This document shows positions 9,703 to 19,066 of a stretch of 55,792 nucleotides of DNA, piece after piece. The notes beneath the pieces are model-generated. The model was not told the DNA's origin. It did no database searches and saw only the letters and a list, made by a program, of their open reading frames with translations. The translations under genes and the position numbers were made by a program. The first letter of the stretch is position 1. Every line of letters starts with the position of its first letter. This DNA comes from a virus (lineage: Duplodnaviria; Caudoviricetes): positions 1-55,792 of the IMG/VR virus record IMGVR_UViG_3300027373_000207, one strand, 5' to 3'.

Positions 9703-11175
9703 TTATGACTTGGTGACAGTTACAGTATATCTTTCGGTTTCGTCACCGATAGTTACGTCAATGGTTACGATATTGGCACCTTCAGCCCAGGTTGCAGAAG
9801 CACCATTAGCAACCGTGGTTTCACCGTTCTTAATAACGATTTCCGCTTCACCGTCTTTCGCAACTGCAGTAATGGTATTGGTTGCGTTAGTTGTGGCGGT
9901 TGTATAGACAAATACAGATTTATTGAAGGTAGGGGAGAGAGTAAGGCTGCCGATTGTCAAGCTTGCCAAATGCGCATCAGCAACACCGAGAACATTCAGC
10001 GGATCATTAGTAACATGAACCTGCCATGGAGTGGCCGTAAGCTTGGAAATATCCAGCCGGATAAAAGAGGATGAGTCAAGAGGCTTGCCGTCGCCATACA
10101 ACTTAGTGAGATACATCCTTTCGTCTTCGAGGAAGTGATACTCATCGGAGTATTCGATCTTCCCTCCCTTACCGGTTCCAAGGCCCATGAAGTAGCGCTT
10201 TCCGATCCCGATGATCGCTTCACCGGCCGGCACAAAGACCGACTGTATCAGTTTTGTAGGGAAGGGAAAAATGTCGTTGTTGTAGACACCGTCCGGCTGC
10301 CGATAACTGGTTGCCGGGAAAATCTTTGTGAAGTAGTCTGAAGGCGAAACCACAAAGATGACTTCCTTGATGTTCCTTTGAAGTCCGGTAGGGGCTACCG
10401 ATAGGGAGGCAAGCAGCGCGCCATAGGTTTGCGGAGTAATTTCTGAGAGTGCCACCAAGGGCTGAGGAGCATAACCGGTAACGGGATCCAAGGCTGAACT
10501 GGGATTTCTTCGAATTCCGACAGGTTCGTCAACGCCGCTGCCGTCAATAATCGCTCCTTCAAGGCCGTTGTAGATCGCTTCTGAAAGCTGCGCTCTAACA
10601 TAGCGGTCGAGCCATACCGGACCTAGGTCCAGCATCGCTTTGCATAGCGGCAGGAATGCGGATAGCTTTTTCTGGGCGAGATTAATTGTCGTGAAACCGG
10701 CGGAGAGCTCTTTAATGATCTCGTCACACAGCTTGCCCCACTCAGCCATCTGTCGCCCGTCCATTGTGGAGACCAGGATTTCCACCAGTGCGCCCGTTGG
10801 TTGGAAATTGATCACATCAAGCAGGGGGTGGGACTCAGCGATGTCTTCGAAAACCGCGTCAATCACAGTTTCCGGAAGAACAACGTTGAAGTCCGCAAGA
10901 GCCTGCTTGGGATTGGACGCTTTCATTGCGCCGATCAGCTCACTGTAATATTCCGTTTCTTTGCTGGTCAGGGCACGGGCACCGCGGCCGGCAAGCACAT
11001 GATTGTCCGCGGCCTGTACCAGACCTTTTGCCTCAGCCATGACTGCCTCCTGCAAGAGATCAGTGAAAGCGGTAAATGCCTGAGAAAACGCCTCCTCGTC
11101 GCCGTCCTTCACAGCGGCGTTGATGCGCTGAAGAATCTCTGTCTTTTCCTTCTGCATGGTATCCAGATTTTTCAT
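9703..11175 (-). CDS. HK97-family major capsid protein with a C-terminal cadherin-like Ig domain
   Basis: Coiled-coil delta domain, PETVIDAVFEDI..HPLL, IDGSGVDEPVGI; C-terminal LSPTFN...YTVTVTK. Confidence 0.92.
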   Translation of the reverse strand: MKNLDTMQKEKTEILQRINAAVKDGDEEAFSQAFTAFTDLLQEAVMAEAKGLVQAADNHVLAGRGARALTSKETEYYSELIGAMKASNPKQALADFNVVLPETVIDAVFEDIAESHPLLDVINFQPTGALVEILVSTMDGRQMAEWGKLCDEIIKELSAGFTTINLAQKKLSAFLPLCKAMLDLGPVWLDRYVRAQLSEAIYNGLEGAIIDGSGVDEPVGIRRNPSSALDPVTGYAPQPLVALSEITPQTYGALLASLSVAPTGLQRNIKEVIFVVSPSDYFTKIFPATSYRQPDGVYNNDIFPFPTKLIQSVFVPAGEAIIGIGKRYFMGLGTGKGGKIEYSDEYHFLEDERMYLTKLYGDGKPLDSSSFIRLDISKLTATPWQVHVTNDPLNVLGVADAHLASLTIGSLTLSPTFNKSVFVYTTATTNATNTITAVAKDGEAEIVIKNGETTVANGASATWAEGANIVTIDVTIGDETERYTVTVTKS

Positions 11176-11179
11176 AGGA

Positions 11180-11953
11180 TTAGTCCTTTCCGCCCATGAG
11201 GGCATTCAAATATTTAAGGGTTTTGTTTTCCTGGGGAACTGGTTCAGGCTCGGGATCTGACCTGGGCTCCACAAGCGGTGGGTCTTCAACTTCGGACAGC
11301 GCTTCTGCTGCGGGATTGTCCGGCTTAGGTTCCTCGGCAGGCGCCATTTGCACCGCGTTTTTAACTAAAGAAAAAAGCGCCTTGTGAGCGCTTGCCGCTG
11401 CCTTATTGCTTTGTGCCGCGCCGATTATCGCGGTCGCGAAGCCCATCTCAAGGGCATCTTCGGGAAGAATCCATGTCTCCGCACCCAGCATTTCCCGAAG
11501 GGTTTCTTCCGGAATATTGGCTAAAGCCATATACGCGGCAAAGGCTCCCTGGGATATTACATCAAGGTCGTCCGCTTCTTTTCGAAGCTGCTGGGCGTTC
11601 CCGACCGCCATGGTCCACGCATTGTGGATAAACAGCAGGGAAGCGCTGTTCATGATACGTTCGTCGCCGGCCATAAATATGACCGATGCGATGGAGCATG
11701 CAAAGCCATCGCAGACCGTCCTGACCTTTGCCTTGTGGTTGCGAAGCATGTTGTAGATGGCGAGTCCTTCCGCTACCTCTCCACCGTAGGAATTGATGTG
11801 GACGTTGATCCGATCCACATCCAACATCTGCAGCTCTTTGGACAAAGTATAACTGGATACATCATTCTCAAAGTACTCCCAGGAGGTAATGTCTCCGAAA
11901 ATATAGATGTCCGCCTCGCTGCTATTCGTTTCTAATGAATAATACTTTTTCAT
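11180..11953 (-). CDS. ClpP-like prohead protease
   Basis: HINSYGGEV, ACSIASVI, FIHNAW, ETW motifs. Confidence 0.92.
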   Translation of the reverse strand: MKKYYSLETNSSEADIYIFGDITSWEYFENDVSSYTLSKELQMLDVDRINVHINSYGGEVAEGLAIYNMLRNHKAKVRTVCDGFACSIASVIFMAGDERIMNSASLLFIHNAWTMAVGNAQQLRKEADDLDVISQGAFAAYMALANIPEETLREMLGAETWILPEDALEMGFATAIIGAAQSNKAAASAHKALFSLVKNAVQMAPAEEPKPDNPAAEALSEVEDPPLVEPRSDPEPEPVPQENKTLKYLNALMGGKD

Positions 11954-13131
11954 GTGTCACCTCCGTTCGGCGAGGCCAGCGCCTCTTCAAATGGCATATA
12001 GTTTTTCGTAATGTAGTGCTCCCAGGCCCAGGGTTCGTCAATGACCGGCTCGCCGCAGAGCTCGCGGATATCGTTGACGCAGAAGGCGCCGGAGCCGATC
12101 AACTTATCGATAGCGGTGCTGACTGATAGTACATCCACATGCCGGACCTGCTTCGTGTCGATCTTCAGGTAGTTCCCGGTTAAAAACCCACCGTATCCGT
12201 TCCGTTTCCGGTTAATTTCCTCGGACAACATATCCGTCAGTGGGTCGATGCAGAAGGTCAGAAAGTTATCCAGAGCGTCCTTTGTGCCCTGGACATCTCC
12301 GCGCAGCAGTGCCGGCGGTATGCCGAACGCTTTAGCCGTGAAGTCTGAAATATCGTCGACCTGCGCCCGGATGTCCCGCGTGCTCTCTGACGAGTAGGTT
12401 TTATGTGTTAGTTCTTCGACGTCCTGACCTCTGCCCAAGGGAAGAGCCGCATTATCTCCAGTCAGCCATTTCGCGATTTTCTCGTTAACAAGCATATCGA
12501 AAAGACGTCGCTCCTCGGTGCCCGCGACGGGCAGCGTATCATATTTGAACTTCACCTTCGTGCCCCGGCTGCGCTGGTAGGCTTTTATGCTGTATTCGAT
12601 CAGCTTGGAGTAGCTCCCGTACAGCGCGTTGGTCACCTTGCGCATATCGCATTCTGAGAGCTTGAAATACAGAACCTCGGACTGATTGAAGGAGCGGTTA
12701 AAAACAAAATCCCCTACGGTAACCTGCGTAAACAGATCGTCATAGAGGGCGTACGGAGTTCGTATAAAGCTGTCCGCCACTAAGAGCTGCTCATTTTGTT
12801 CAATGATAAGCGCCTCGTTCTTCCGGCACAGCTGAGAAATCCACTTATGGATAAAGGCACTTGAGTTTTGGTTTCGGTTTGGCTCGATATTCCAAAGGTA
12901 ATATTCACGGCTTTTCTTTTCCTTCCCGTCAATATAGGTTTTGAACTCACACTTGGAAACGGCATTCGCGATCAGGTTTGTCGCCGACCAGAATGCCATT
13001 TCACGAAAGTAGATATCGCCGACTGTAGCGGCGTATTCTTCAGCGTAGACGGACAGATCGGCTCCGGACAGCGGAATAGGGTCGCTTCCGAATAGAGATT
13101 TCAGCCATGTTATGAATCCAATATTAATCAC
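11950..13131 (-). CDS. Portal protein (HK97 family)
   Basis: WNIEPNRNQNSSAF, AFGIPPALL, VNDIRE motifs. Confidence 0.92.
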   Translation of the reverse strand: MINIGFITWLKSLFGSDPIPLSGADLSVYAEEYAATVGDIYFREMAFWSATNLIANAVSKCEFKTYIDGKEKKSREYYLWNIEPNRNQNSSAFIHKWISQLCRKNEALIIEQNEQLLVADSFIRTPYALYDDLFTQVTVGDFVFNRSFNQSEVLYFKLSECDMRKVTNALYGSYSKLIEYSIKAYQRSRGTKVKFKYDTLPVAGTEERRLFDMLVNEKIAKWLTGDNAALPLGRGQDVEELTHKTYSSESTRDIRAQVDDISDFTAKAFGIPPALLRGDVQGTKDALDNFLTFCIDPLTDMLSEEINRKRNGYGGFLTGNYLKIDTKQVRHVDVLSVSTAIDKLIGSGAFCVNDIRELCGEPVIDEPWAWEHYITKNYMPFEEALASPNGGDT

Positions 13132-13137
13132 CTCCTA

Positions 13138-14808
13138 TCAGCAGACGATTACGGGCAGATCATCAAAGGTTGCCTCGCCGGTACCCAGCTCGTCCTCAAT
13201 CGAGACCGAATGGACAAGTGCCATAAACGGGTCTGTCTTTCGGCTCTTTGCCTCAATTTTTGCGTAGTAGAAGTTTCCGGTATCCGATCCGGCGGTGCGA
13301 CTGGAGCGGACCAGCTTTGTATTGTTCGTCGCCCAGCGCAAAACGGGATAATCTCCCCAGATAAAATTATGATTGTTAAATATACTATCCATCACAGGCT
13401 GGACGATCATGATGTCCGATGGTCTAATGAGCTTGACATTTTTGTAGTCCATCGCGTCAAAGCCAATCTTTTTGAGACTCTTCGAAACAAGGGCATATCT
13501 GTGATGGTCTAGGGCCAGTTTCTTAATCTGGTACTTCTTGGCATGTTCCATTATCCAGTCACAAAGCAAATCCGGATGGATCTCCACATCATCGACCAGG
13601 GTGATATATCCGGCCTCAGCCCATTCCCGCCAGGGTACCGTCAGCCTCCACAAGTCCTTAGACTGCAAGCACAGCCAAGAGTGATTGATATCATAGCGAA
13701 AATCACCTTTCCGGAAGTGTAGGTTAACAGAGGCGAAGTCCGAGACGCTGGCATAGTCGATCCCGCAGGTGCAACCCCAGCCGGTCAAATCCGGCAACTC
13801 CCGGCTTGTCGCCGCGATGTTCTCCCAATCCGTGACTACGATCTCTGTATCGCTCTGCGGCCGGTTCATGCGCTTAGTCATAAAATCCGCATTGGCGACG
13901 GGATTGTTTTTCCAGTCGATGTATTCCTTGCCAATGGTTTCGCGTAGGTCAGGAAGATACAGAAGAGAAGGGTTTGCTTTAACCCACTTAGCTGGATCGT
14001 TGGCCTCTTCTTTTTCATCCAGGCGGCAGACGAACGGCAGCAGGCCATTGTCGCCAATCTCACCGTTTAAAATCTGCTCGGCTTGGCGCAGCAGATCGTC
14101 TAGAGGCCCCTCACGCACGTCTCCGTTTGTGGTTGCGTACAATCTGCGGGGGTGCTTTTTCTTCCCGAGCCCGGTGATGAACACTTTGATGTTCTTATAG
14201 TTCTCATACTGGTGGACTTCGTTGAACACAACGATCCCGGAGCGCATGCCGTCTTTGGATTTCGGGTTGTTCGTGCGGCCTCGGATGGTTCCCCGGTACT
14301 TTAGCCCTCTCACTTTCTCTTTGGTCCATTCGAAATGCTTTTTCATCTTCGATCGGTATCTGGTGTTTTCAAGCACCTCCAGAATGTCGTTGACAGGCCG
14401 CATCGCCACATCCTCAGCGGTAGCACAGATGTCCACGTCATAAGCCCGTATGCGGTGATAGGGGGAGACGAGGCACATGGATTCCATGGCAATAAATCCG
14501 TCTTTGCCGGCACCCCGGCCAATCAGCAGAAGCAGGTCAGGCCAGCGGGGCTGCCCGGTTTTTCGCCAATAGGTGCACAGGTGAAGGGCAATACAAAACG
14601 CCTCCCATTCAAAGAGGCGGTCAAAAGGAAAGTATTTAGCTAGCCCTAAGTATTTCTCCAACTGCTCATCGTCTGTATAAATATCCTCGCTTTCAAAGCA
14701 TCGGCGGATATATGCACATAATAGATGCTGGTCATTACAGGCTTCGATTTCTCCGGTTTCCACCATCAGGAGGTAACGCTGAATATGCTTATTTATCTCA
14801 CAGTTCAT
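13138..14808 (-). CDS. terL: Terminase large subunit (start approximate)
   Basis: Walker A GRGAGKD, Walker B-like VVFNEVH, nuclease GID, KTDPFMA. Confidence 0.93.
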   Translation of the reverse strand: MNCEINKHIQRYLLMVETGEIEACNDQHLLCAYIRRCFESEDIYTDDEQLEKYLGLAKYFPFDRLFEWEAFCIALHLCTYWRKTGQPRWPDLLLLIGRGAGKDGFIAMESMCLVSPYHRIRAYDVDICATAEDVAMRPVNDILEVLENTRYRSKMKKHFEWTKEKVRGLKYRGTIRGRTNNPKSKDGMRSGIVVFNEVHQYENYKNIKVFITGLGKKKHPRRLYATTNGDVREGPLDDLLRQAEQILNGEIGDNGLLPFVCRLDEKEEANDPAKWVKANPSLLYLPDLRETIGKEYIDWKNNPVANADFMTKRMNRPQSDTEIVVTDWENIAATSRELPDLTGWGCTCGIDYASVSDFASVNLHFRKGDFRYDINHSWLCLQSKDLWRLTVPWREWAEAGYITLVDDVEIHPDLLCDWIMEHAKKYQIKKLALDHHRYALVSKSLKKIGFDAMDYKNVKLIRPSDIMIVQPVMDSIFNNHNFIWGDYPVLRWATNNTKLVRSSRTAGSDTGNFYYAKIEAKSRKTDPFMALVHSVSIEDELGTGEATFDDLPVIVC

Positions 14809-15133
14809 CATCCTCACATTCGACATTCATACTCACATCCTTCAGCGATGTGATGATCCGCATCAGGGTTGACGCCGTTCTGTTGGCACTGTCGGCCGTT
14901 TTGTTATACGCGTTTATGGCTGGGTGGGAGTAGATGTTCTGACGGCCTTTCACATATTCCTTTGTGACCAGAATCCCGGTATCATTCAGCTCCCGTTCAA
15001 GGTCTGACAGCATTTTTAGTTGTACCTGATAGCGCTTAAACGTTGTTACGAACAAGAAATTCTGTTCTACACCACTTTTCTGAGCAGCCTCAAGAATCTT
15101 ATTTGCCTGTTCGTTTAGATTTATTTTTGCCAT
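14798..15133 (-). CDS. terS: Terminase small subunit (P27 family)
   Basis: EYVKGRQNIYSHPAI motif; directly upstream of terL. Confidence 0.85.
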   Translation of the reverse strand: MAKINLNEQANKILEAAQKSGVEQNFLFVTTFKRYQVQLKMLSDLERELNDTGILVTKEYVKGRQNIYSHPAINAYNKTADSANRTASTLMRIITSLKDVSMNVECEDDEL

Positions 15134-15245
15134 ATGGCTTCTCCTTGGTCATTACAAGAAACAGAGCCGTTTGGGGCCCTGTCCTCAGTATGAAGTTAAG
15201 TTCTACATATCCGAGCAAAACAGTGTATATATTATGACTCACCGG

Positions 15246-15488
15246 TCAAGATGAAATGGGTCTGTCATCGTCGCACCTCCGACAAAGGTCTTCTCCATAG
15301 ACCACGTTCAGTCCGCTGCCGTTATCCCAATTAACCATCACGCTTGCTGTGTCGTCCACACCGGTTACAGTGCCCTTGCTACCGATGGGCGGAGCCTGCA
15401 CGTCATCCATGTGAAGAAGCTCCACTCGGCAACCAACCGGATATTGGCGGCGGATACGCTCAACTATTTCTTTACTCGGAAATCTCAT
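15246..15488 (-). CDS. DUF4314-like protein
   Basis: YPVGCRVEL..MDD..APPIGSKGTV..VDD...V.WDNGS.L pattern. Confidence 0.8.
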   Translation of the reverse strand: MRFPSKEIVERIRRQYPVGCRVELLHMDDVQAPPIGSKGTVTGVDDTASVMVNWDNGSGLNVVYGEDLCRRCDDDRPISS

Positions 15489-16431
15489 CGTTAGCCGCCT
15501 CCTCTTTGTTCAAATTGGCACCGGAGCGAAACGCGGCGCTGCCGGTCAGATTCCGAAGGAGAGTCCGACGCGTTTCCTTATGCTCATTACCGATGAAGCC
15601 GAGGCGGAGCAGAAAGCAGCGGAAAGCGTACTTCTCATTGTCCGTTTCCTTTTCCTTTGCGGTCACGCGGTTCTGTTTCTGTGCTACTGTGCAGAGTGCG
15701 CTGATAAAGCTGGAATAGGCAAAAACCTCCGCCGGCTGAAGGTTGAACTCAAACCATGGGAACCGGAGCGTTGTTTCTGTGCGCTCAATCGGAAGGGAAT
15801 CAATACCGAGCGCTTTTTTGATGAGGATTGCTTTGCTTGCAATCAGCTTTTCCAGATTAGAAATCACTTCATCGGTAAAGAAAGAAAGTGGCATTTCAAT
15901 GGTCAGTTGATCAGGTTCATCCGGTTCGGGAACATCGCTGGCTTGCATGCCATTTTTGCCCTGCCAGTTCTCACGGCGAGTGCGTCCCAGTCCAAGTTCC
16001 TCACGCCCGTCCATCCGTAAATCCTCAAAGGCGGGAATATCATCGCCGCCGTATTGTCCGCGATTCGAGTAGTCGGGGACGTTTGTGTTTTCTAGGTTCA
16101 GTCGGCGCATTTCGCGTTCAGCCCAAACCTCTGCTTCGTCATTTAACTCTTCAATTGAGGGTGTTGCACCCATGCCGCCAAGCCCGCTTTCGTAGCTATC
16201 AGGTTCGTCGTATTCGCGCTCCGAAGCGTCAAAACCCTTTTGATGAAGGGCATCTTCCAAGTCCAGATTGTCCTTGCCTGTAACCATACCGTTCTTGTCG
16301 ATGTGATAGCCGCCTACCTCGTAGGCGAAGGTGGGGGCTCCGAGGTAATTGGTCGGTACATTCAGTTCCTGACTGATCGCGGCTACCAGTGCTTTTCGTT
16401 CCGGACCCGTTATGTTGTAGTTGATTCTCAT
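15472..16431 (-). CDS. Conserved phage-associated protein (often annotated virulence-related)
   Basis: YLGAPTFAYEVG N-terminus and NEKYAFRCFLLRLGFIG C-terminus. Confidence 0.65.
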   Translation of the reverse strand: MRINYNITGPERKALVAAISQELNVPTNYLGAPTFAYEVGGYHIDKNGMVTGKDNLDLEDALHQKGFDASEREYDEPDSYESGLGGMGATPSIEELNDEAEVWAEREMRRLNLENTNVPDYSNRGQYGGDDIPAFEDLRMDGREELGLGRTRRENWQGKNGMQASDVPEPDEPDQLTIEMPLSFFTDEVISNLEKLIASKAILIKKALGIDSLPIERTETTLRFPWFEFNLQPAEVFAYSSFISALCTVAQKQNRVTAKEKETDNEKYAFRCFLLRLGFIGNEHKETRRTLLRNLTGSAAFRSGANLNKEEAANDEISE

Positions 16432-16550
16432 GGTGTAAACCTCCGATTCATCTTGATTCCGAAGGCTTCGATTGCCTTCCGGTGATTACATATATCACTC
16501 GAAGAGGCTGTAATAGCAAGTCTTTTATGTAGTTTTCGGTGCATAATTGC

Positions 16551-17810
16551 CTACTCACGGCTGGCAACCTGTTTCACCAAATCAGCATATTTAAGCGTTT
16601 CACCGCCGCGCTGGCAGGTGATATCCGTACCACCGTTCTGCTTGAATTCGGCATACCGACGCAGGATGACAGAAGCGTACTTTTCATCAATCTCGAGCAT
16701 GAAACAGGTGCGATCAAGCTGCTCGCAGGCGATGAGCGTCGAGCCGCTCCCACCAAAGGTGTCCAGCACGATGGCGTTTGCCTGGCTGCTGTTTGTAATA
16801 GGATAGGCAAGCAGGTCAATTGGTTTTGAGGTCGGGTGATCGGCGTTCTTTTTTGGCTTGTCGAAGTTCCAAATCGTGGTTTGCTTGCGGTCGGAGTACC
16901 ACTTGTGCTTGGCCGTGTCTTTAAATGCGTACAGCACCGGTTCATGCATCTGCTGATAATCACCGCGCCCAAGTACAAGGGCGTTCTTCACCCAAATGCA
17001 GGTAGTCGAGTAATGGAATCTCGCATCAACGCAGGCGCGAAAGAAGTTGACCTTCTCCGAGTCTGAGTGGAAGCAGTAAAAAGCCCCGCCATCGGTGAGG
17101 TTTTCGTAGAAGTTCTTAAACGCAGAAAGTAGGAAGTTGTAGAATTGCTCCGCTTTCATGCTATCGTTCTTTATTTTCAGTCCACTGGCAGATTCAAACG
17201 ATACGTTGTAAGGAGGGTCTGTCAGGACAAGATTCGCCTTGCGGCCATCCATCAGTTTCTTGACCGTGTCGGCATCTGTAGCGTCACCGCAGATAAGCCG
17301 GTGCCGGCCGAGTGTCCACACGTCACCGGGCATAACGAAAGCCGCCTCTTCCAAAGCGGCTGTTAGATCGAAATTGTCATCCTCGGCTTCCTTGCTGTCC
17401 ATATCCTCAAGCAACATGGTAATCTCTTCATTCTCGAATCCGGTTAGGTCAAGATCAAAATCCAAATCCCGTAGTTCCTCAAGTTCGACACGCAGCATAT
17501 CCATATCCCAACCGGCGTTCAGCGCGATTTTGTTATCCGCCAGTATGTACGCGCGCTTTTGTGCCTCCGTCAGATGGCCCACAAAAACACATGGCACTTC
17601 TTTGATTCCCTCCGCTCGGGCCGCCATAATCCTGCCATGGCCGGCGAGGACATTGAATTTGTCGTCTATTAGAACCGGATTAACAAAACCGAATTCCCGA
17701 ATACTGGCTTGCAGCTGAAGTATTTGTTCCGGGGAATGGGTCCTGGCATTACGCGCATACGGGACTAATTTGTCTACATCTACAAGCCTGTAGTGTTCTT
17801 TTTCAGCCAT
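16551..17810 (-). CDS. ParB-N-terminal domain fused to an N4C/N6A DNA methyltransferase (orphan phage MTase)
   Basis: PYARNARTH and AGHGR ParB motifs; TDPPY, HPTSKP, LDTFGGSGST. Confidence 0.9.
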   Translation of the reverse strand: MAEKEHYRLVDVDKLVPYARNARTHSPEQILQLQASIREFGFVNPVLIDDKFNVLAGHGRIMAARAEGIKEVPCVFVGHLTEAQKRAYILADNKIALNAGWDMDMLRVELEELRDLDFDLDLTGFENEEITMLLEDMDSKEAEDDNFDLTAALEEAAFVMPGDVWTLGRHRLICGDATDADTVKKLMDGRKANLVLTDPPYNVSFESASGLKIKNDSMKAEQFYNFLLSAFKNFYENLTDGGAFYCFHSDSEKVNFFRACVDARFHYSTTCIWVKNALVLGRGDYQQMHEPVLYAFKDTAKHKWYSDRKQTTIWNFDKPKKNADHPTSKPIDLLAYPITNSSQANAIVLDTFGGSGSTLIACEQLDRTCFMLEIDEKYASVILRRYAEFKQNGGTDITCQRGGETLKYADLVKQVASRE

Positions 17811-17835
17811 TTCATGACCGTCCTTTTCCAAAAAA

Positions 17836-17922
17836 ATTCATGCGCGCGCGAAGCGGCACAGTCCTACACCCACCCGAGTAACGCCCCGCCGAATTAATCT
17901 GCGTTTATTCTGACCGGGGGGA
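17836..17922 (-). other. Putative cos / packaging-initiation region
   Basis: CCCCCCGG immediately after the HNH stop and a GCGCGCGCG tract in an intergenic gap; HNH + P27 terS + HK97 head context. Confidence 0.45.
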
Positions 17923-18273
17923 TTACCACCGCTCATCGTTCAGCGGTTTCTTTGTATGACGCAACCGTTCCGGGTGGCAAATCATCTCATGACAGTCCTT
18001 GCAAACAGAGATCAGGTTGCGCTTTTTGTTTCCGTTGTCATCTTTGTAATATTTCTCAAGCCCGAGCTCTGGATGCTTTTCCAGATGATTTACATGATGG
18101 ACAGTTGTTGCCTTTGTATATATTCCTTTTGTTTTACAGAGCTGGCATTCGAACTTATCTGCTTTCAGAACTTCTCGTCTGAGATGTCGCCACTCTTTTG
18201 AAAGATAAAACGGATTTGTTTTGTGAAATATGAAACCACAACCCTTGAATAAGCCGGCCGCACTTGGGCACAA
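17923..18273 (-). CDS. Packaging-associated HNH endonuclease (start uncertain)
   Basis: FYLSKEWR, CQLC, VHH, NLISVCKDCH. Confidence 0.85.
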   Translation of the reverse strand: MCPSAAGLFKGCGFIFHKTNPFYLSKEWRHLRREVLKADKFECQLCKTKGIYTKATTVHHVNHLEKHPELGLEKYYKDDNGNKKRNLISVCKDCHEMICHPERLRHTKKPLNDERW

Positions 18274-18274
18274 A

Positions 18275-18310
18275 GAAAGCCCTCACAGGATTTGCTCCCA
18301 TGAAGGCTTC
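18275..18310 (-). terminator. Terminator-like hairpin just downstream of the late promoter
   Basis: GAAGCCTTCATGGGA-GCAAA-TCCTGTGAGGGCTTTCTTT. Confidence 0.55.
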
Positions 18311-18329
18311 GTCTTATTATATTTTGCTG

Positions 18330-18376
18330 ATTGTATCATAACATAAAGCCCATAGTGCAAAACAGTGCAAAAGTGT
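18330..18376 (-). promoter_or_regulatory. Putative late promoter with activator direct repeats
   Basis: TTTTGCACT direct repeats, then extended -10 TGATACAAT with no -35; lies directly after the ArpU/RinA-like gene. Confidence 0.6.
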
Positions 18377-18377
18377 G

Positions 18378-18788
18378 TCAAGTTTCAGGAACGATGATTT
18401 TTTCCAGTGCTTCTTTATGAATGATGTGCACGTTCCTTACACGATAGCCCATGTCAACCGCTATCTGCTCCCATGTCTTGAAGCAAAGGTATCGCAGTTC
18501 CAGAAGCGTCTGGTATTCCGTGTTCTCCACGGCTTTGATAAGTTTAACCATCTCTCCCTTTAGATCAACGAGGCGTTCCATGTCGCGGTTGATTTCCGCT
18601 TGCAGAGCAACAATTTTCGCCACAACGTCAGCCATCGTAGAGGTTCCGTGGTTCGGATTCCGCGGCATGCCAGTGAGGGTTGATGTGCATTTTGCCGACA
18701 GCGCATTTAAAGACGTAACCTGCTCCAGCTTAGAATTGATGCGCTGATCAAGACGGTAAGCCTGTCTGAGATATTCTTTTGCCGTCAT
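18378..18788 (-). CDS. DUF1492 / ArpU-RinA-like late transcriptional activator
   Basis: MTAKEYLRQAY, LLELRYL..KTWEQIAVDMGY HTH. Confidence 0.85.
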   Translation of the reverse strand: MTAKEYLRQAYRLDQRINSKLEQVTSLNALSAKCTSTLTGMPRNPNHGTSTMADVVAKIVALQAEINRDMERLVDLKGEMVKLIKAVENTEYQTLLELRYLCFKTWEQIAVDMGYRVRNVHIIHKEALEKIIVPET

Positions 18789-18789
18789 A

Positions 18790-19008
18790 TCACGCCACCT
18801 CCTCGTTCAGACGTTTGATAAGTAGTTCAGGGTCGAGTTTGGTGAGGACACCGAACCAGCCGGAGCGGAAGAACCGCTCAATTGACTCCTTATCCTGTCT
18901 GTAAGTATCTTTCTCCCGATGCAGGTTATATCTGCATAGAGCCTCGCGATAATCCTTGACTGCCTGTACAATAATTGCGTTTGCTAGATTTTCATAAGGT
19001 GTGTTCAT
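18790..19008 (-). CDS. Conserved phage hypothetical protein
   Basis: PYENLANAIIVQAVKDYR...ERFFRSGWF; GGAGGT RBS. Confidence 0.7.
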   Translation of the reverse strand: MNTPYENLANAIIVQAVKDYREALCRYNLHREKDTYRQDKESIERFFRSGWFGVLTKLDPELLIKRLNEEVA

Positions 19009-19066
19009 ACTCGTACCTCCGAATTAAAATATTCACTCGGATTGGCGCGGATTGTCGTTGATTGTC

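Noticed and set aside
16483-16525. Sigma-A promoter for the 15472-16431 gene
   Set aside because: TTGCTA and TATATG boxes are 19 bp apart; too weak to call
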